Position numbers and translations under genes: made by a program
Notes under the pieces: model-generated
Database searches by the model: none
What the model was told of the DNA's origin: nothing
The model's input: the letters and a program-made list of their open reading frames with translations, nothing else
Part shown: positions 18,593 to 27,045 of the stretch, one piece after another
Layout: the number at the start of each line of letters is the position of its first letter
How positions within the stretch are numbered: position 1 is the stretch's first letter
DNA from: an uncultured Pirellulaceae bacterium
GTDB taxonomy: Bacteria; Planctomycetota; Planctomycetia; Pirellulales; Pirellulaceae
Assembly: GCA_905480235.1 (NCBI GenBank)
Contig: CAJQPP010000032.1
Location: 4,127-68,126 of the forward strand
Direction: 5' to 3'
DNA: 64,000 nt

Positions 18593-19315
18593 GTGAATTT
18601 CAACGTTAATGGAGCGGACTCCCCGCTTGCCATTCTGGTTAACGGGGGCAGCTCGTCCGGAAAATCAACGCTTTGTCGAGCATTGCAAGCACGGTTATCA
18701 GTGTTAGCAGATGGGGCTGCTGGTTCATTGTTCGCCAATGTCGCCTTTGATGATTTTTTGCTGATGATTTCCCCGAAACTTTATCCCATCAGTTTCGTCG
18801 AAGCCCAAGGAGGTGACGTCTCCGAACTGGTGTCGCGGACCTTTAACGATGGTCGCGCAGCCTGGGAATATTTGGAGGATCGACCGGCAACAGGTGCTCA
18901 TGACGACAAGCCGTATTTGAAATTAGCATTGAGCCCTGGAGGTCGGCAGGTACTGCGGGGTGTGCATGAGAGTTGGGGTTTGCATCTTCAATTAGGCACT
19001 CATTTGATTATCGACCACTTTCTTCAAGATAAAGACTGGTGCGCCGAAGTCTTGCAGGTGTTAAGCGACGTCGCGGCTCGGACCTTCCTCGTAGGCGTAT
19101 TCTGTGACGTGGATGAAATGGAGAGAAGGGAAGCCCAACGCAGCGATGGCAGCGTGGAAGGGCGTCCGCTCGGACTTGCCAGGCGTAGTGCCGATTTATG
19201 CCATGCGCATGAACTGGAATACGACGTAGTCATTTACACAGATCGACAGACGACAGAAGAAGCAGTCGATTTGATCATGGGAGCTTTGGGAATAGCAACG
19301 GCTGAAGCGAGTTGA
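18593..19315 (+). CDS. P-loop kinase, chloramphenicol-phosphotransferase-like (CPT) family
   Basis: The Walker A motif ILVNGGSSSGKSTLCRALQ lies close to the N-terminus, as in CPT-like proteins. I chose the GTG at 18593, which is preceded by AAAGG. The maximal ORF starts at 18500. Confidence 0.55.
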   Translation: MNFNVNGADSPLAILVNGGSSSGKSTLCRALQARLSVLADGAAGSLFANVAFDDFLLMISPKLYPISFVEAQGGDVSELVSRTFNDGRAAWEYLEDRPATGAHDDKPYLKLALSPGGRQVLRGVHESWGLHLQLGTHLIIDHFLQDKDWCAEVLQVLSDVAARTFLVGVFCDVDEMERREAQRSDGSVEGRPLGLARRSADLCHAHELEYDVVIYTDRQTTEEAVDLIMGALGIATAEAS

Positions 19316-19496
19316 GCATCACGGGCACGCAATGAAGAAGATCCTATCGACGAGCATTCGTTGGATGGAATGGGCGGTCGCCTGAGCACTGGAGTAGTCG
19401 AACCGTATCCATGTTCTTATGAATGCGACGATTCGGGGATCGCGGCCCTGTGTTTTTGGTGGTTCAAAAAGTCATTGAATTTGAGAGCTAATAGGT

Positions 19497-20429
19497 ATGT
19501 CTTGTTCACAATCGTCGAATCCGCCGGTGGACGTGATCCTCGATTGCCAGGATACCGTTGGTGAGAGTGTCGTTTGGGATGAACGAGGCGGCGCTTTATT
19601 GTGGGTCGATATCATCGGCAAACGCATCCATCGGTTTAACCTTGCCCAGAGCACACACGATGTCTGGGATACGCCCGACTTCGTGACCGGGATTGGGTTA
19701 CGAGAAGATGGAGGGGCCATTGTGGGGTTGATGAAAGAAGTTTGTCTTTGGGATTTTGGCGATAGCTGGCAGTCTTTGGCGGCGATTGAAAAGGATCGCC
19801 CCGACAACCGCTTGAATGAATGTGGTGTTGCCCCGGACGGTGCTTTCTGGGTGGGCACGATGCAGAATAATTTTGATGCCGCAGGTGCTCCTATCGAATT
19901 CTCGGAAAAGACAGGTGCCTATTATCGAATCCAGGCTGACGGCAAAGTGAAACGCTTGACGGATAATCGATTCGGGATCACAAACACCATGGCATGGACC
20001 GAAGACGGGCGATTTTTGACGGCCGATACAATGGCCAATCAAATTTATGCGTTTCCTTTTGACCGAGATCAGCAAGCCCTCGGCGTTCCCGTGCCATTTG
20101 CGAAACCGCTGGACCGTGGTTTGCCGGATGGATCCTGCCTTGATTCCGAAGGTTTTTTGTGGAATTGCCGCGTTGCTGGGGGGGCCTGCCTAGCGAGATA
20201 CACCCCGAATGGACAACTCGATCGAATCGTTGAATTGCCATGTTCTTGGCCAACCAGTTGCAGCTTTGGTGGACCTGATTTGAGGTCTTTATTTATTACC
20301 TCCGCCAAGTTCACTATGAGCGAGCGGCATCTTCAAACGCACCCTCACGAGGGGAATTTGTATCGCGTTGATGTGGGAGTTGCCGGTTTGCCGTGTCACC
20401 GATTCCAACGCATTCCGAAACCGACGTAA
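19497..20429 (+). CDS. SMP-30/gluconolactonase/LRE-like beta-propeller protein
   Basis: GESVVWDERGGALLWVDIIGKRIHRF, NECGVAPDGAFWVGTM, PDGSCLDSEGFLWNC and FITSA are typical of the family, and the length is about 300 aa. Confidence 0.8.
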   Translation: MSCSQSSNPPVDVILDCQDTVGESVVWDERGGALLWVDIIGKRIHRFNLAQSTHDVWDTPDFVTGIGLREDGGAIVGLMKEVCLWDFGDSWQSLAAIEKDRPDNRLNECGVAPDGAFWVGTMQNNFDAAGAPIEFSEKTGAYYRIQADGKVKRLTDNRFGITNTMAWTEDGRFLTADTMANQIYAFPFDRDQQALGVPVPFAKPLDRGLPDGSCLDSEGFLWNCRVAGGACLARYTPNGQLDRIVELPCSWPTSCSFGGPDLRSLFITSAKFTMSERHLQTHPHEGNLYRVDVGVAGLPCHRFQRIPKPT

Positions 20430-20470
20430 AAAAACTCGCTTGTGCGGGCGGCTGCCAACCCGGGTTCGCT

Positions 20471-20836
20471 TTATTTTTCGGGCGGTTTTTCCAATGATTT
20501 TGATTGGCGGGCAGCCTGTTCCATCAGCGCTTGGTAACGTGTGTTCTCGAAAGCCAGCTCATATCGTTTCATCTCTGCGATTTCGGTCATTTTCATGGCA
20601 TGATCGATCCGACGTTGAAGTCGAGTGGTAGTTTCCAAAGGTAAGTGTTGTGCAATGGCTTTGCGCGCGGCGAGAAGTGATGCCAGTTTCTATTCCAGCC
20701 TTTTGGTTTCTTCCGCAATTGTTGAAATGGCCACACCTTCCTGCTTTGATTTTTCAAGAAACCTTTTGATCGTCAGTTGCTTGCGATCAAGCTCGCGCTA
20801 CCACCGGGCGATTTTTTGGGAATCGACATCCTTCGC
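20471..20836 (-). pseudogene. degraded coiled-coil ORF interrupted by two in-frame TAG codons
   Basis: One minus-strand frame reads AKDVDSQKIARW*RELDRKQLTIKRFLEKSKQEGVAISTIAEETKRLE*KLASLLAARKAIAQHLPLETTTRLQRRIDHAMKMTEIAEMKRYELAFENTRYQALMEQAARQSKSLEKPPEK. The TAG codons are at 20798-20800 and 20690-20692. There is no start codon at the 5' end of the frame. Confidence 0.3.
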
Positions 20837-21011
20837 TTATTGCGTTGGATTTTTTAACGGGATGCTATCAAGCAGGGGGTCGTTTTATGGGGGCTTAGTA
20901 CCCAAGTTAGTGCCAACTTACATAGCCTATTGAATTTTGCGCATGTTGCTCCCAGAGTGGGGCGCGCAAGCTTTCAAAAACCTGCGAATGTTGGGAATCT
21001 CGTGAGCGAGA

Positions 21012-21656
21012 TTATTCGGGGTTAGGGGTAAGTAGCCCCTGAAGATGGCTGTGTAGTACATTCACCGCGGGACGATTTTGTCCGCCCCGGGGAACAATCA
21101 GATCCGCATGCTGTTTGGTCGGTTCGATGAATTCAAAATACATCGGTCGCACCGTCTGCTCGTATTGCGAGAGCACGGAATCGAGGGAACGACCCCGCTC
21201 CTGAATATCCCGTTTCAGTCGACGCGTTAAACAGATATCCATGGGAACATCGACAAAGATTTTCAGATCCAATCGTTCCGCAAGTTGGGGATCGTGAAGG
21301 ATTAAAATACCCTCCAGGATAATAATTCCGGCCGGGGCCAATGCAAGGCGTTCCGGTTTGCGATTATGTTGAGAGTAATCGTATTGGGGAACATCAACGG
21401 CACGCCCCGTTTTCAATTGATCTAGGTGCTCAATTAACAACTCGTGCTGAAATGCTTGCGGGTGATCGTAGTTGATCTGTTCCCGTTCCTCGAAGGTCAG
21501 ATCATTTCGCTCGCGGTAATAATAATCCTCGTGTAGAATTGTGACCTTCTCACCCAAGCCTTGTTTCACAATGCGACTGTGAAGTTGAGTTGCTAACAGG
21601 CTTTTTCCAGCGCCCGATGCGCCAGCGATTCCGATGATGGTGACGGGGTGATTCAA
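21012..21656 (-). CDS. udk: uridine kinase
   Basis: It has a P-loop (IIGIAGASGAGKS), plus YYRE..., INYDHPQAF, VPQYDY, IIILEGILIL, KIFVDVP.D.CL.RRL.RD and RGRS...QY motifs. Confidence 0.92.
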   Translation of the reverse strand: MNHPVTIIGIAGASGAGKSLLATQLHSRIVKQGLGEKVTILHEDYYYRERNDLTFEEREQINYDHPQAFQHELLIEHLDQLKTGRAVDVPQYDYSQHNRKPERLALAPAGIIILEGILILHDPQLAERLDLKIFVDVPMDICLTRRLKRDIQERGRSLDSVLSQYEQTVRPMYFEFIEPTKQHADLIVPRGGQNRPAVNVLHSHLQGLLTPNPE

Positions 21657-21660
21657 ATTG

Positions 21661-22722
21661 TCACCTTTCCTTTTTCGTAAGAGTCTGTTGAATTAAGTCT
21701 TCAATCATGTGTTGGCCGGATTCAAATTCGGTCTCAATGGTAGACGCTAGAACGGGAAAGCTGTCGAATCCCAGTTCGCGAACCTTTACGAGATCTTTCA
21801 TGGTGCAAACGAGCGTGCCGGCATTTTTTTGCATGGCTCGGATTCTCAAATCATCGATTTCCTTGCTAGTGTAGTTGTGATGATCAGCAAAAACCTGAAA
21901 GTCGACAACTTGCAAATCCATCCCCTCTAAAGCGGAACGGAAGCCCGTTGGATTACCGATCCCACAAAAACCGACAATGGCGGTGGGTGCGGGAGAAACC
22001 TGAGAGTTACCATGTTGGTCAATCCAGCCGCGGTTGGCAAATACAACCTCCGCGATTTTCTGAGGATCCATATATTGGCCGACGCGGTCACGGATGGCCT
22101 GTCGGACACTAGCGGTGACCTGATCGATGCGCGTTAATATGACGGCATCCGCGCGTTTCAATGCTGCGATGGGTTCCCGTAAAAGGCCCCGTGGTAATAA
22201 GTGGTCGTAACCAAAAGGATTTGATGCGTCGATTAAAACAATGTCGAGGTCGCGGCCCAGACGCCGATGTTGGAATCCGTCATCGAGTAAGACGACGGAA
22301 ACCTGGTGGTCGGTTATCGCCGTGTTTGCAGCGGCTACGCGATCGGGGTTTTGGACGTGAGGGGTGTTGGGCAACCAGACTTTCAATTCTCGGTACTCGT
22401 CGTTGGGCTGTCCCGGTTGGCTTCCGTAACCGCGGCTGACGATGGCCGGGTGAGCCTGGTGCTCCAGTAACCACTCCGCAAACCAGCGGACCAGCGGTGT
22501 CTTGCCGGTTCCTCCTGTGGTTAGATTGCCAATCGAAATGACCGGTGTTGCGAGGCGTTGCACGCGGTTTTTTTGGCGGTCGTATCGGCGATTTCTCAAT
22601 TGAGTTATCGTCCAGTACACGGGCTCCAAAGATCGCAGTCCGCCACGAGCAAGCCGTGCCGGAAGGTCCCGGGCTTGGCCATTCATGATATTTTCAATTC
22701 GGCGGATACGGTCAGGATTCAT
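21661..22722 (-). CDS. lpxK: tetraacyldisaccharide 4'-kinase
   Basis: VISIGNLTTGGTGKTPLV, IVSRGYG and LLDDGFQHRRL..DLDIVLID are LpxK motifs. I chose the ATG at 22722 (MNPDRIRR). The maximal ORF to 22833 would overlap the divergent neighbour. Confidence 0.9.
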   Translation of the reverse strand: MNPDRIRRIENIMNGQARDLPARLARGGLRSLEPVYWTITQLRNRRYDRQKNRVQRLATPVISIGNLTTGGTGKTPLVRWFAEWLLEHQAHPAIVSRGYGSQPGQPNDEYRELKVWLPNTPHVQNPDRVAAANTAITDHQVSVVLLDDGFQHRRLGRDLDIVLIDASNPFGYDHLLPRGLLREPIAALKRADAVILTRIDQVTASVRQAIRDRVGQYMDPQKIAEVVFANRGWIDQHGNSQVSPAPTAIVGFCGIGNPTGFRSALEGMDLQVVDFQVFADHHNYTSKEIDDLRIRAMQKNAGTLVCTMKDLVKVRELGFDSFPVLASTIETEFESGQHMIEDLIQQTLTKKER

Positions 22723-22850
22723 AACGTGGTGCTGGTTGCGCGGGGTGGGATACTTTAACCTATCGCAATTATGACCTTTGGCAATTGTTCCTGCGACATG
22801 GTTGCAAGGCATGGGGTTTTCAGGCCAATTCACTCACGGCGGAGTTTCTG

Positions 22851-23561
22851 ATGAATGAAGTAATTCAATCGACCGACGAAAATCATGATCCTGCAACCGC
22901 CCAGAAATGGCAACCTCTGGATGCCATGCAACGTCGCGTATTGGGCGTGCTGGTAGAAAAGGCGAAAACCACCCCCGATTCATACCCGATGACCGTGAAT
23001 GCCATCAAAACGGGCTGCAACCAAAAAAGCAATCGTAATCCGCAAATGGATCTGGCAGCTGACGATATCATGGCGACGCTCGACGAATTGCGGGAACTGA
23101 GAGCCGTCTCTGAGGTCCAAGGGGATGGGCGGGCAGATAAATACCGGCATCTTGCTTATGACTGGCTGGGTGTCGATAAAGTAGAGCTGGCTGTCCTGGC
23201 GGAGTTATTGCTTCGTGGCGAACAAACCGTCGGTGAGTTGCGGGGGCGAGCCGCACGTATGGAGCCGATCTCGGGACTCCCCGAATTGATGCCGGTTTTA
23301 GGTCGCTTGCGAGAAAAGGGATTGTTGTGGGATGTGACGCCGCAGGGGCGGGGGCAAATCGTCTCTCACCGACTGTTTTTGCCGTCGGAAAAAAACTTGC
23401 CAGACGTGGCCGCAGCGTCCCAAGCCAAACCAGCGACGACTCCTCAACCATTACCGGCAACACCCCCTCAGGTGGCGGAAAGTTCGCTGGAATCCAGATT
23501 GCAAGCTCTTGAGCAACGGGTAAGCGAATTGGAAAACCAATGGCGTTCCGTCAATAGTTAG
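22851..23561 (+). CDS. YceH family protein (DUF480/UPF0502)
   Basis: LDAMQRRVLGVLVEKAKTTPDSYPMTVNAIKTGCNQKSNR...ELAVLAELLLRGEQTVGELRGRA matches the winged-helix YceH pattern. The ATG at 22851 is preceded by GGAG. Confidence 0.8.
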   Translation: MNEVIQSTDENHDPATAQKWQPLDAMQRRVLGVLVEKAKTTPDSYPMTVNAIKTGCNQKSNRNPQMDLAADDIMATLDELRELRAVSEVQGDGRADKYRHLAYDWLGVDKVELAVLAELLLRGEQTVGELRGRAARMEPISGLPELMPVLGRLREKGLLWDVTPQGRGQIVSHRLFLPSEKNLPDVAAASQAKPATTPQPLPATPPQVAESSLESRLQALEQRVSELENQWRSVNS

Positions 23562-24006
23562 CGCGTTTGAGCTGCTTTCAGTGGGCAAACGTTTTGTCAG
23601 AAATACGAGGCTCGATTAAGTTGCCCAGCGATCTTATTCTGCGTGGACAGGGGCGCTTGCCGGCGATTTCTAAAACGAACTGCTGACGCAGGGCATATCA
23701 ACTTTGCCCACCGGACCGATCGTATCGATCGAATCAACTGGGGCTTTTCTTGGGCTGGCAAGGTTCGTGCGAAGGGGTCATCCCGGCAATGACTTTAAGT
23801 GGGCTGAATTTCTAGGCATAAACCTAACATCCGCACTTTTGTTATCGATACCTGAGTATGCGGGTTTCAAAGCACGATGTACCTAACTGGAGCGCCGTAT
23901 CCATACGTTAGGCTCCCGTTGTGACTGCATCCATGCCGCCGCCTTTTCCGATGTTTCGCACGGTCGAGTAGACACAGATTCCCTTACTGTCGTTGAGAAG
24001 AGAAAC

Positions 24007-25350
24007 ATGAAACAATTCAAATTCGCTTTATTGTGCACGATGGCGTTGACGCTGTCGGTCGGCACGGAAGTGTCACACGGACAATTGCTGGATCAGCAAG
24101 ATCCTCTTACACCCTTGATGCCGGAAATGGGTGCCCAACGCCCCGCTGAGCCATTACCTGTCATTAATCAAAAATTGGTGGGCTGGAAAGAGCCTGTCAT
24201 CGACGGTGGCGTGGTGAGAATGAGCGAAACCCTCAGCGCCCACTGGGTCCAATTGGATGCAACGAGCGGTGTCCAGGGACGCGTGGTTGGGATCACTGAT
24301 CCGATCGACGTATTTCTGCTGCGTAGTGGTTTTGTAGTGAGCAGCGCGACGACGGCGGCAGACGGTAGCTATCGTTTTGAGGCTTGCACGCCAGGCATCT
24401 ACACCATTGTGGGATACTCTCGCGAAGCCGTTTTTGCTTCCGGATTTCTAGCCGTCTCCAACGATGGAACCGCTGTCGGATTGCCCATGGAATTAGTCAA
24501 CCGACCCGTGATCGGTGCGGCCAATAATACTTTGGTCGCCAAGTTGATTCAAGAATTTTCGCCGGATGTCAACTTCCGACAATTCGGTGTGTTTGAAATC
24601 GGGGAAGGACCTGAGGATCCACCTCAATTTTTTGGTTTTGAAGGATTAGCGAACCTTCAAGATCCGGCGATACCTTCGGTGGCAATCCAAAGCCAACCGA
24701 TCGCATTAGCGCCCGGCGGGCGTCTGGTCGGCCGGATTCATCAATCGAGTAATTTGACCGGGCGGCCGGTTGAAGTTCTCAGCACTCGGGTACTTATCGT
24801 GCAGGACGGCGAAGTCCTTGCCGAAGTACAAGTTGACAATGCAGGTGTTTTTGAAATCACTGATCTCATTCCGGGCGATTACGGAATGGTGGCTGTGGGG
24901 GCAGATGGCATTGCAACGCTTGGTTTGAAATTGGTTGCCGGCACACAGAACAATTCGGGTGTTCGTGCCGATTCGGATGCCTCGGTTACTCAACCCCAGT
25001 TTTTCATGCAGGTCGGCAGCACGACCAAGCAAGACGCAGGTGCCGCTGGGGCCACTATGATCGGACCCGAATCGACCGGTTGGTTGAATAACTATCTGAC
25101 GACTCAGGTTTACATTAACGAGTTAAATGACCCTCGCCCCGAACTTGATCCCAACGCCTATGGGGCTGGTTTCGGAGGCCCCTATGATTACTTCGATCAA
25201 GGTGGCGGCGGTGGCGGAAGCGGAGGCTACTTCGGTGGCGGAATGGGTAATTGGATCTTGCCACTCGGTATCGGTGCTTTGATTTTCACGGCGACGGATG
25301 ACGGCGGGTTCAACAATGCGGTTATTCTTCCACCGCAAAGCCCGTTCTAA
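24007..25350 (+). CDS. secreted hypothetical protein with two carboxypeptidase-regulatory-like (Ig-like) segments and a Gly-rich C-terminal hydrophobic anchor
   Basis: It has a signal peptide (MKQFKFALLCTMALTLSVGTEVSHGQ). GRVVG...DGSYRFEACTPGIYTIVG and GRLVGRI...NAGVFEITDLIPGDYGMVAVG resemble CarboxypepD_reg folds. The C-terminus is GGGGGGSGGYFGGGMGNWILPLGIGALIF. Confidence 0.6.
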   Translation: MKQFKFALLCTMALTLSVGTEVSHGQLLDQQDPLTPLMPEMGAQRPAEPLPVINQKLVGWKEPVIDGGVVRMSETLSAHWVQLDATSGVQGRVVGITDPIDVFLLRSGFVVSSATTAADGSYRFEACTPGIYTIVGYSREAVFASGFLAVSNDGTAVGLPMELVNRPVIGAANNTLVAKLIQEFSPDVNFRQFGVFEIGEGPEDPPQFFGFEGLANLQDPAIPSVAIQSQPIALAPGGRLVGRIHQSSNLTGRPVEVLSTRVLIVQDGEVLAEVQVDNAGVFEITDLIPGDYGMVAVGADGIATLGLKLVAGTQNNSGVRADSDASVTQPQFFMQVGSTTKQDAGAAGATMIGPESTGWLNNYLTTQVYINELNDPRPELDPNAYGAGFGGPYDYFDQGGGGGGSGGYFGGGMGNWILPLGIGALIFTATDDGGFNNAVILPPQSPF

Positions 25351-25374
25351 ACTTCTGTTTTTAGAGAACTTAAA

Positions 25375-25403
25375 GGCCGGCGGATTTTCCGCCGGCCTTT
25401 TTT
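25375..25403 (+). terminator. rho-independent terminator
   Basis: GGCCGGCGG-auuuu-CCGCCGGCC followed by UUUUUU lies 25 nt after the stop at 25350. The stem is a perfect 9 bp. Confidence 0.9.
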
Positions 25404-25417
25404 GTTATCATTTGGGT

Positions 25418-26920
25418 ATGAATAAAAAATACCTTTTCCGTCACGCTCCTTTCCTTTTCGCAGCTCTCATTTCCGTATCGCTTTGCGATGTGGTCTTTAG
25501 CCAGTCCATCCGTTTCGATTTAGGGCAACGTTTGAGACGCCTTGAGGCGGAACTGGAAAAGGACCTTAGCGAATCCAACCGCGTAAAAGCACTCCAGCCA
25601 ATGGAGGGCGCGGTGCAAAATTTCTTTTCCGGGCGTTTAGATGATGCGGCTCAAGGCTTGGATCAAGCTTGGGTGCAATTGCTGCCCGACGAGCAGCAGG
25701 TGCTCGCCCAATGGGTCGCTGGTTTGCAAATCAAACCGGTGGGCAGCCTACTGGCCGATGGAGATCAGTTCCAATTTCAACTGACTCAAAGATTTGAAAC
25801 AAATGGCAAACCACCGACGACCTATGAGGTGAGATGTTCATGGCAACGTCTTTCTGATCAAGGTGCTGAGGAGATGGATAAGGTTGTGTTGCCCATGCAA
25901 CCCGACCGCTACACATTGAAATTGAAACCGGATAGCGATTACCTGATCCACGTGGCGATCCTCAGTGCGGACTTCGAAATTTCTGTCGGCGAGATCGCCG
26001 TCGCCCGAATTGCCAATTTCTATCAGCGTTTAGAGCAGTTGAAAAAGCGCATGGCTGCCGGGAAAAAAGCCACGCCACCTTGGCAAGCCAGTGCCGCAGC
26101 CACGGTGCGTCAACAAATTCGGGTTTTGGAGCAGTGGGCTGGGCCCAATGACTTGGAGACCTTGTTGATGGCCCAGCAGGAATTGCAGCGCCTGGAGCGG
26201 ATCGCTGATGTGGCTGCGCTTCCCGATTGGTTAGCCAGCAGTCTGACGGAAAACGATCAACAGTTAGGCAATCGTCGGCTGTGGGTGAAATGGATGGGAC
26301 CGGGTCGTAAGTCTGCCAAGTTGCGGATCGCCATTCCCGCGGGCCTGCAGGGTATGGATAAGCGAGTCCCCTGCATCATCGCCCTGCACGGGGCGGGTGG
26401 CAGTGAAAACATGTTTCTGGATACCTATGGAGACGGCAAGATTGCAGATTTGTGCGAAAAACGGGGTTGGATTTTGGTCTCGCCGCGAATTGGTTTAGGT
26501 GGTGTCGGTTTGCCAATGCAGGAGGTGATCAAACAACTTGCTGAGGTGTTACCGATTGATTCCGAACAGGTCGGAGTAGTCGGGCATTCCATGGGAGCAG
26601 CCTATAGCATGCAGCTGGTGAATGAGGCACAGGATGCTCGTTCCGATTTTCAATATCAAGCGGTGGCAGCTGTGGGTGGCGGGCGTCCGACCAAGATTGC
26701 CAATTTAGATGCCCAGGCATTACAAACTCAGTTTTTTGTGGCCGCGGGCAGCAATGATTTTGGTCGCGGCGGCGCATTCGGGTTACATAATGCGTTGGAG
26801 CGCCAAGCCGTCGATTCGACCTGGCAAGAATACGCCGAGACCGAACATTTGGGAATCGTTCAAATCTGTTTGGAGGACGTTTTCGAGTTTTTTGACGCGA
26901 CCCTGACTTCAAAAGATTAG
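25418..26920 (+). CDS. alpha/beta-hydrolase (esterase-like) with a roughly 300-aa N-terminal domain of unknown function
   Basis: It has a signal peptide (MNKKYLFRHAPFLFAALISVSLCDVVFSQ). The C-terminal part has ALHGAGGSENMF and the nucleophile elbow GHSMGA. The start at 25418 lies after the terminator. The maximal ORF from 25298 spans the terminator, so I rejected it. Confidence 0.7.
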   Translation: MNKKYLFRHAPFLFAALISVSLCDVVFSQSIRFDLGQRLRRLEAELEKDLSESNRVKALQPMEGAVQNFFSGRLDDAAQGLDQAWVQLLPDEQQVLAQWVAGLQIKPVGSLLADGDQFQFQLTQRFETNGKPPTTYEVRCSWQRLSDQGAEEMDKVVLPMQPDRYTLKLKPDSDYLIHVAILSADFEISVGEIAVARIANFYQRLEQLKKRMAAGKKATPPWQASAAATVRQQIRVLEQWAGPNDLETLLMAQQELQRLERIADVAALPDWLASSLTENDQQLGNRRLWVKWMGPGRKSAKLRIAIPAGLQGMDKRVPCIIALHGAGGSENMFLDTYGDGKIADLCEKRGWILVSPRIGLGGVGLPMQEVIKQLAEVLPIDSEQVGVVGHSMGAAYSMQLVNEAQDARSDFQYQAVAAVGGGRPTKIANLDAQALQTQFFVAAGSNDFGRGGAFGLHNALERQAVDSTWQEYAETEHLGIVQICLEDVFEFFDATLTSKD

Positions 26921-27045
26921 GCTGTCCAGTTCGAGGTTCGCGGGATTACCCAGCCTGAGTTGTCTGGTATTGCGATGGCTTGCCCAAGTCACATTTCTTG
27001 AAATGATTGGGGCCCTTCTTCTTTTTCCCTTTTGAAAGTTTGTTG

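Noticed and set aside
20368-20933. Two plus-strand ORFs (87 and 102 aa) in the gap between the SMP-30 gene and udk.
   Set aside because: Their composition looks non-coding. The opposite strand carries a more protein-like but stop-interrupted frame, reported above as a possible pseudogene.
25298-25417. N-terminal 40 codons of the maximal ORF 25298..26920, which overlap the end of the preceding gene.
   Set aside because: This extension runs straight through a perfect rho-independent terminator (25375-25403). The ATG at 25418 gives a proper signal peptide.
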